From: Leucoraja ocellata
Lineage: Eukaryota
Length of the DNA stretch: 64,000 nucleotides
Direction of reading: 5' to 3'
Assembly (NCBI GenBank): GCA_036785375.1
Contig: JAWMAR010000350.1
Span: 2,418,001-2,482,000, forward strand
Below are positions 62,966 to 64,000 of this stretch, one piece after another. Made by a program: the position numbers and the translations under genes. The notes under the pieces are model-generated. The model searched no databases. It was not told the DNA's origin and was given only the letters and a program-made list of their open reading frames with translations. Positions within the stretch are counted from its first letter, which is position 1. Each line of letters starts with the position of its first letter.

Positions 62966-64000
62966 TGTCACTGTCTAAGCATTAGAAGACATTCCTCATG
63001 AGTGTGGAACATTATGTAATATGATTAATGTTACATGGCTTAATATATCCTGAACTCACTGAAGTGTGCATATTAACACTCTGTCGTTCACTCAAATCTA
63101 TTGATTCCGAAGTGCATTCTTCATCCTTCCCTTAATCTTCAGGTACATAAATGCAGACATACTACTACCAGTCAGTGCACCAGTGACAGGTAACTTTTAC
63201 TGTATTCGTCTTTTAGTTTAATATTGTCTTGTGCATCTACAAGTATCCGAAATATTTGACATCAATAGAAAAAATGTTCACTGCTAAGGCAATAACTCTT
63301 CTGGTCTCTACGTTAGATGGAACGTGACGGTGTAATTTTCACATAATTAATCCCCTCATTCTAGCCAACTCCCGCAGTTGCCCATATTTTTATTGTTTAC
63401 TCACTCTGTTCCATCTAATCCACTTCTGTTCCCATTACCCTATTTAGTTACATCAGTGATCAAGGCAATCTCAATCCGAACCCTTGTCTTACAATATTTC
63501 TTTATCGCTTCAAAGTCACTAGAAAAGGTATCCCATCACTCTCAATTATATTTTCTTAAAATTTATATAATGCCTAGTCCAATTAAATTATATATTTTGC
63601 TTCTATGTATATATTTTTAAAATTCTAGTTTCTATTAAATGATCTTTCAAGCCATATCCTTACTCAACATCTAGATTCACAGAACAGTTACAAGCTATTC
63701 CATTGAAAAGTAAACATAAAATGCTGGAAACACTGTTGGTCAGGCATCTATGGAAAGAGAAAAAAAGTTGTTGGAATTTCACAAATGACTTGTGGGCTGA
63801 AAACCAAATGATGGGCAGAACAGTGGCACAGTAGTGCCAAGTTGAATTCTGACATCAGGTGTTGACTCTGTATAGTTTACATGTTCTCCCCATTTCCTCT
63901 TATATACAATACAATACGATAGAACTTTATTTATCCCAGGAGTAAAATTGATCTGCCAACAGTCATAAAAAACACAAAATACATGAAACATGAAATTACA

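Noticed and set aside
63143-63189. Possible 47-nt plus-strand exon (CTTCAG|...ACAG|GTAACT)
   Set aside because: No recognisable peptide or partner exons, and I could not tie it to TRABD2A or another gene.

Overview
Vertebrate, repeat-rich intergenic DNA, almost certainly from an elasmobranch and probably a skate or ray. This rests on HE1/V-SINEs, shark-type CR1 and Penelope repeats, and a beta-thymosin very close to the Torpedo peptide as I recall it. Two host genes are recognisable, both on the minus strand and both missed by the ORF track: exon 1 and CpG-island promoter of KCMF1 (MSRHE/G, 1629-1644), and a complete three-exon beta-thymosin gene (about 39200-40320). Their order and orientation match the human TMSB10-KCMF1 pair. 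The standout object is an apparently intact DIRS1-type tyrosine-recombinase retrotransposon (20690-25495) with gag, RT-RNaseH-methyltransferase and YR ORFs, perfect ITRs, an internal complementary region and an ATT recombination core at both ends. Its sequence suggests a retrovirus-like expression scheme: an in-frame U_UUU_UUA -1 frameshift site joining gag to pol, and splice sites that would give a separate YR mRNA. Both are inferences. The window also holds many Penelope (Neptune-type) pseudo-LTRs with minimal hammerhead ribozyme cores, a teleost AFC-like SINE, nested CR1, Rex-Babar and L1 LINEs, a Tc1 relic, Harbinger-type MITEs and LTR-like segments. Repeat boundaries without TSDs are approximate.
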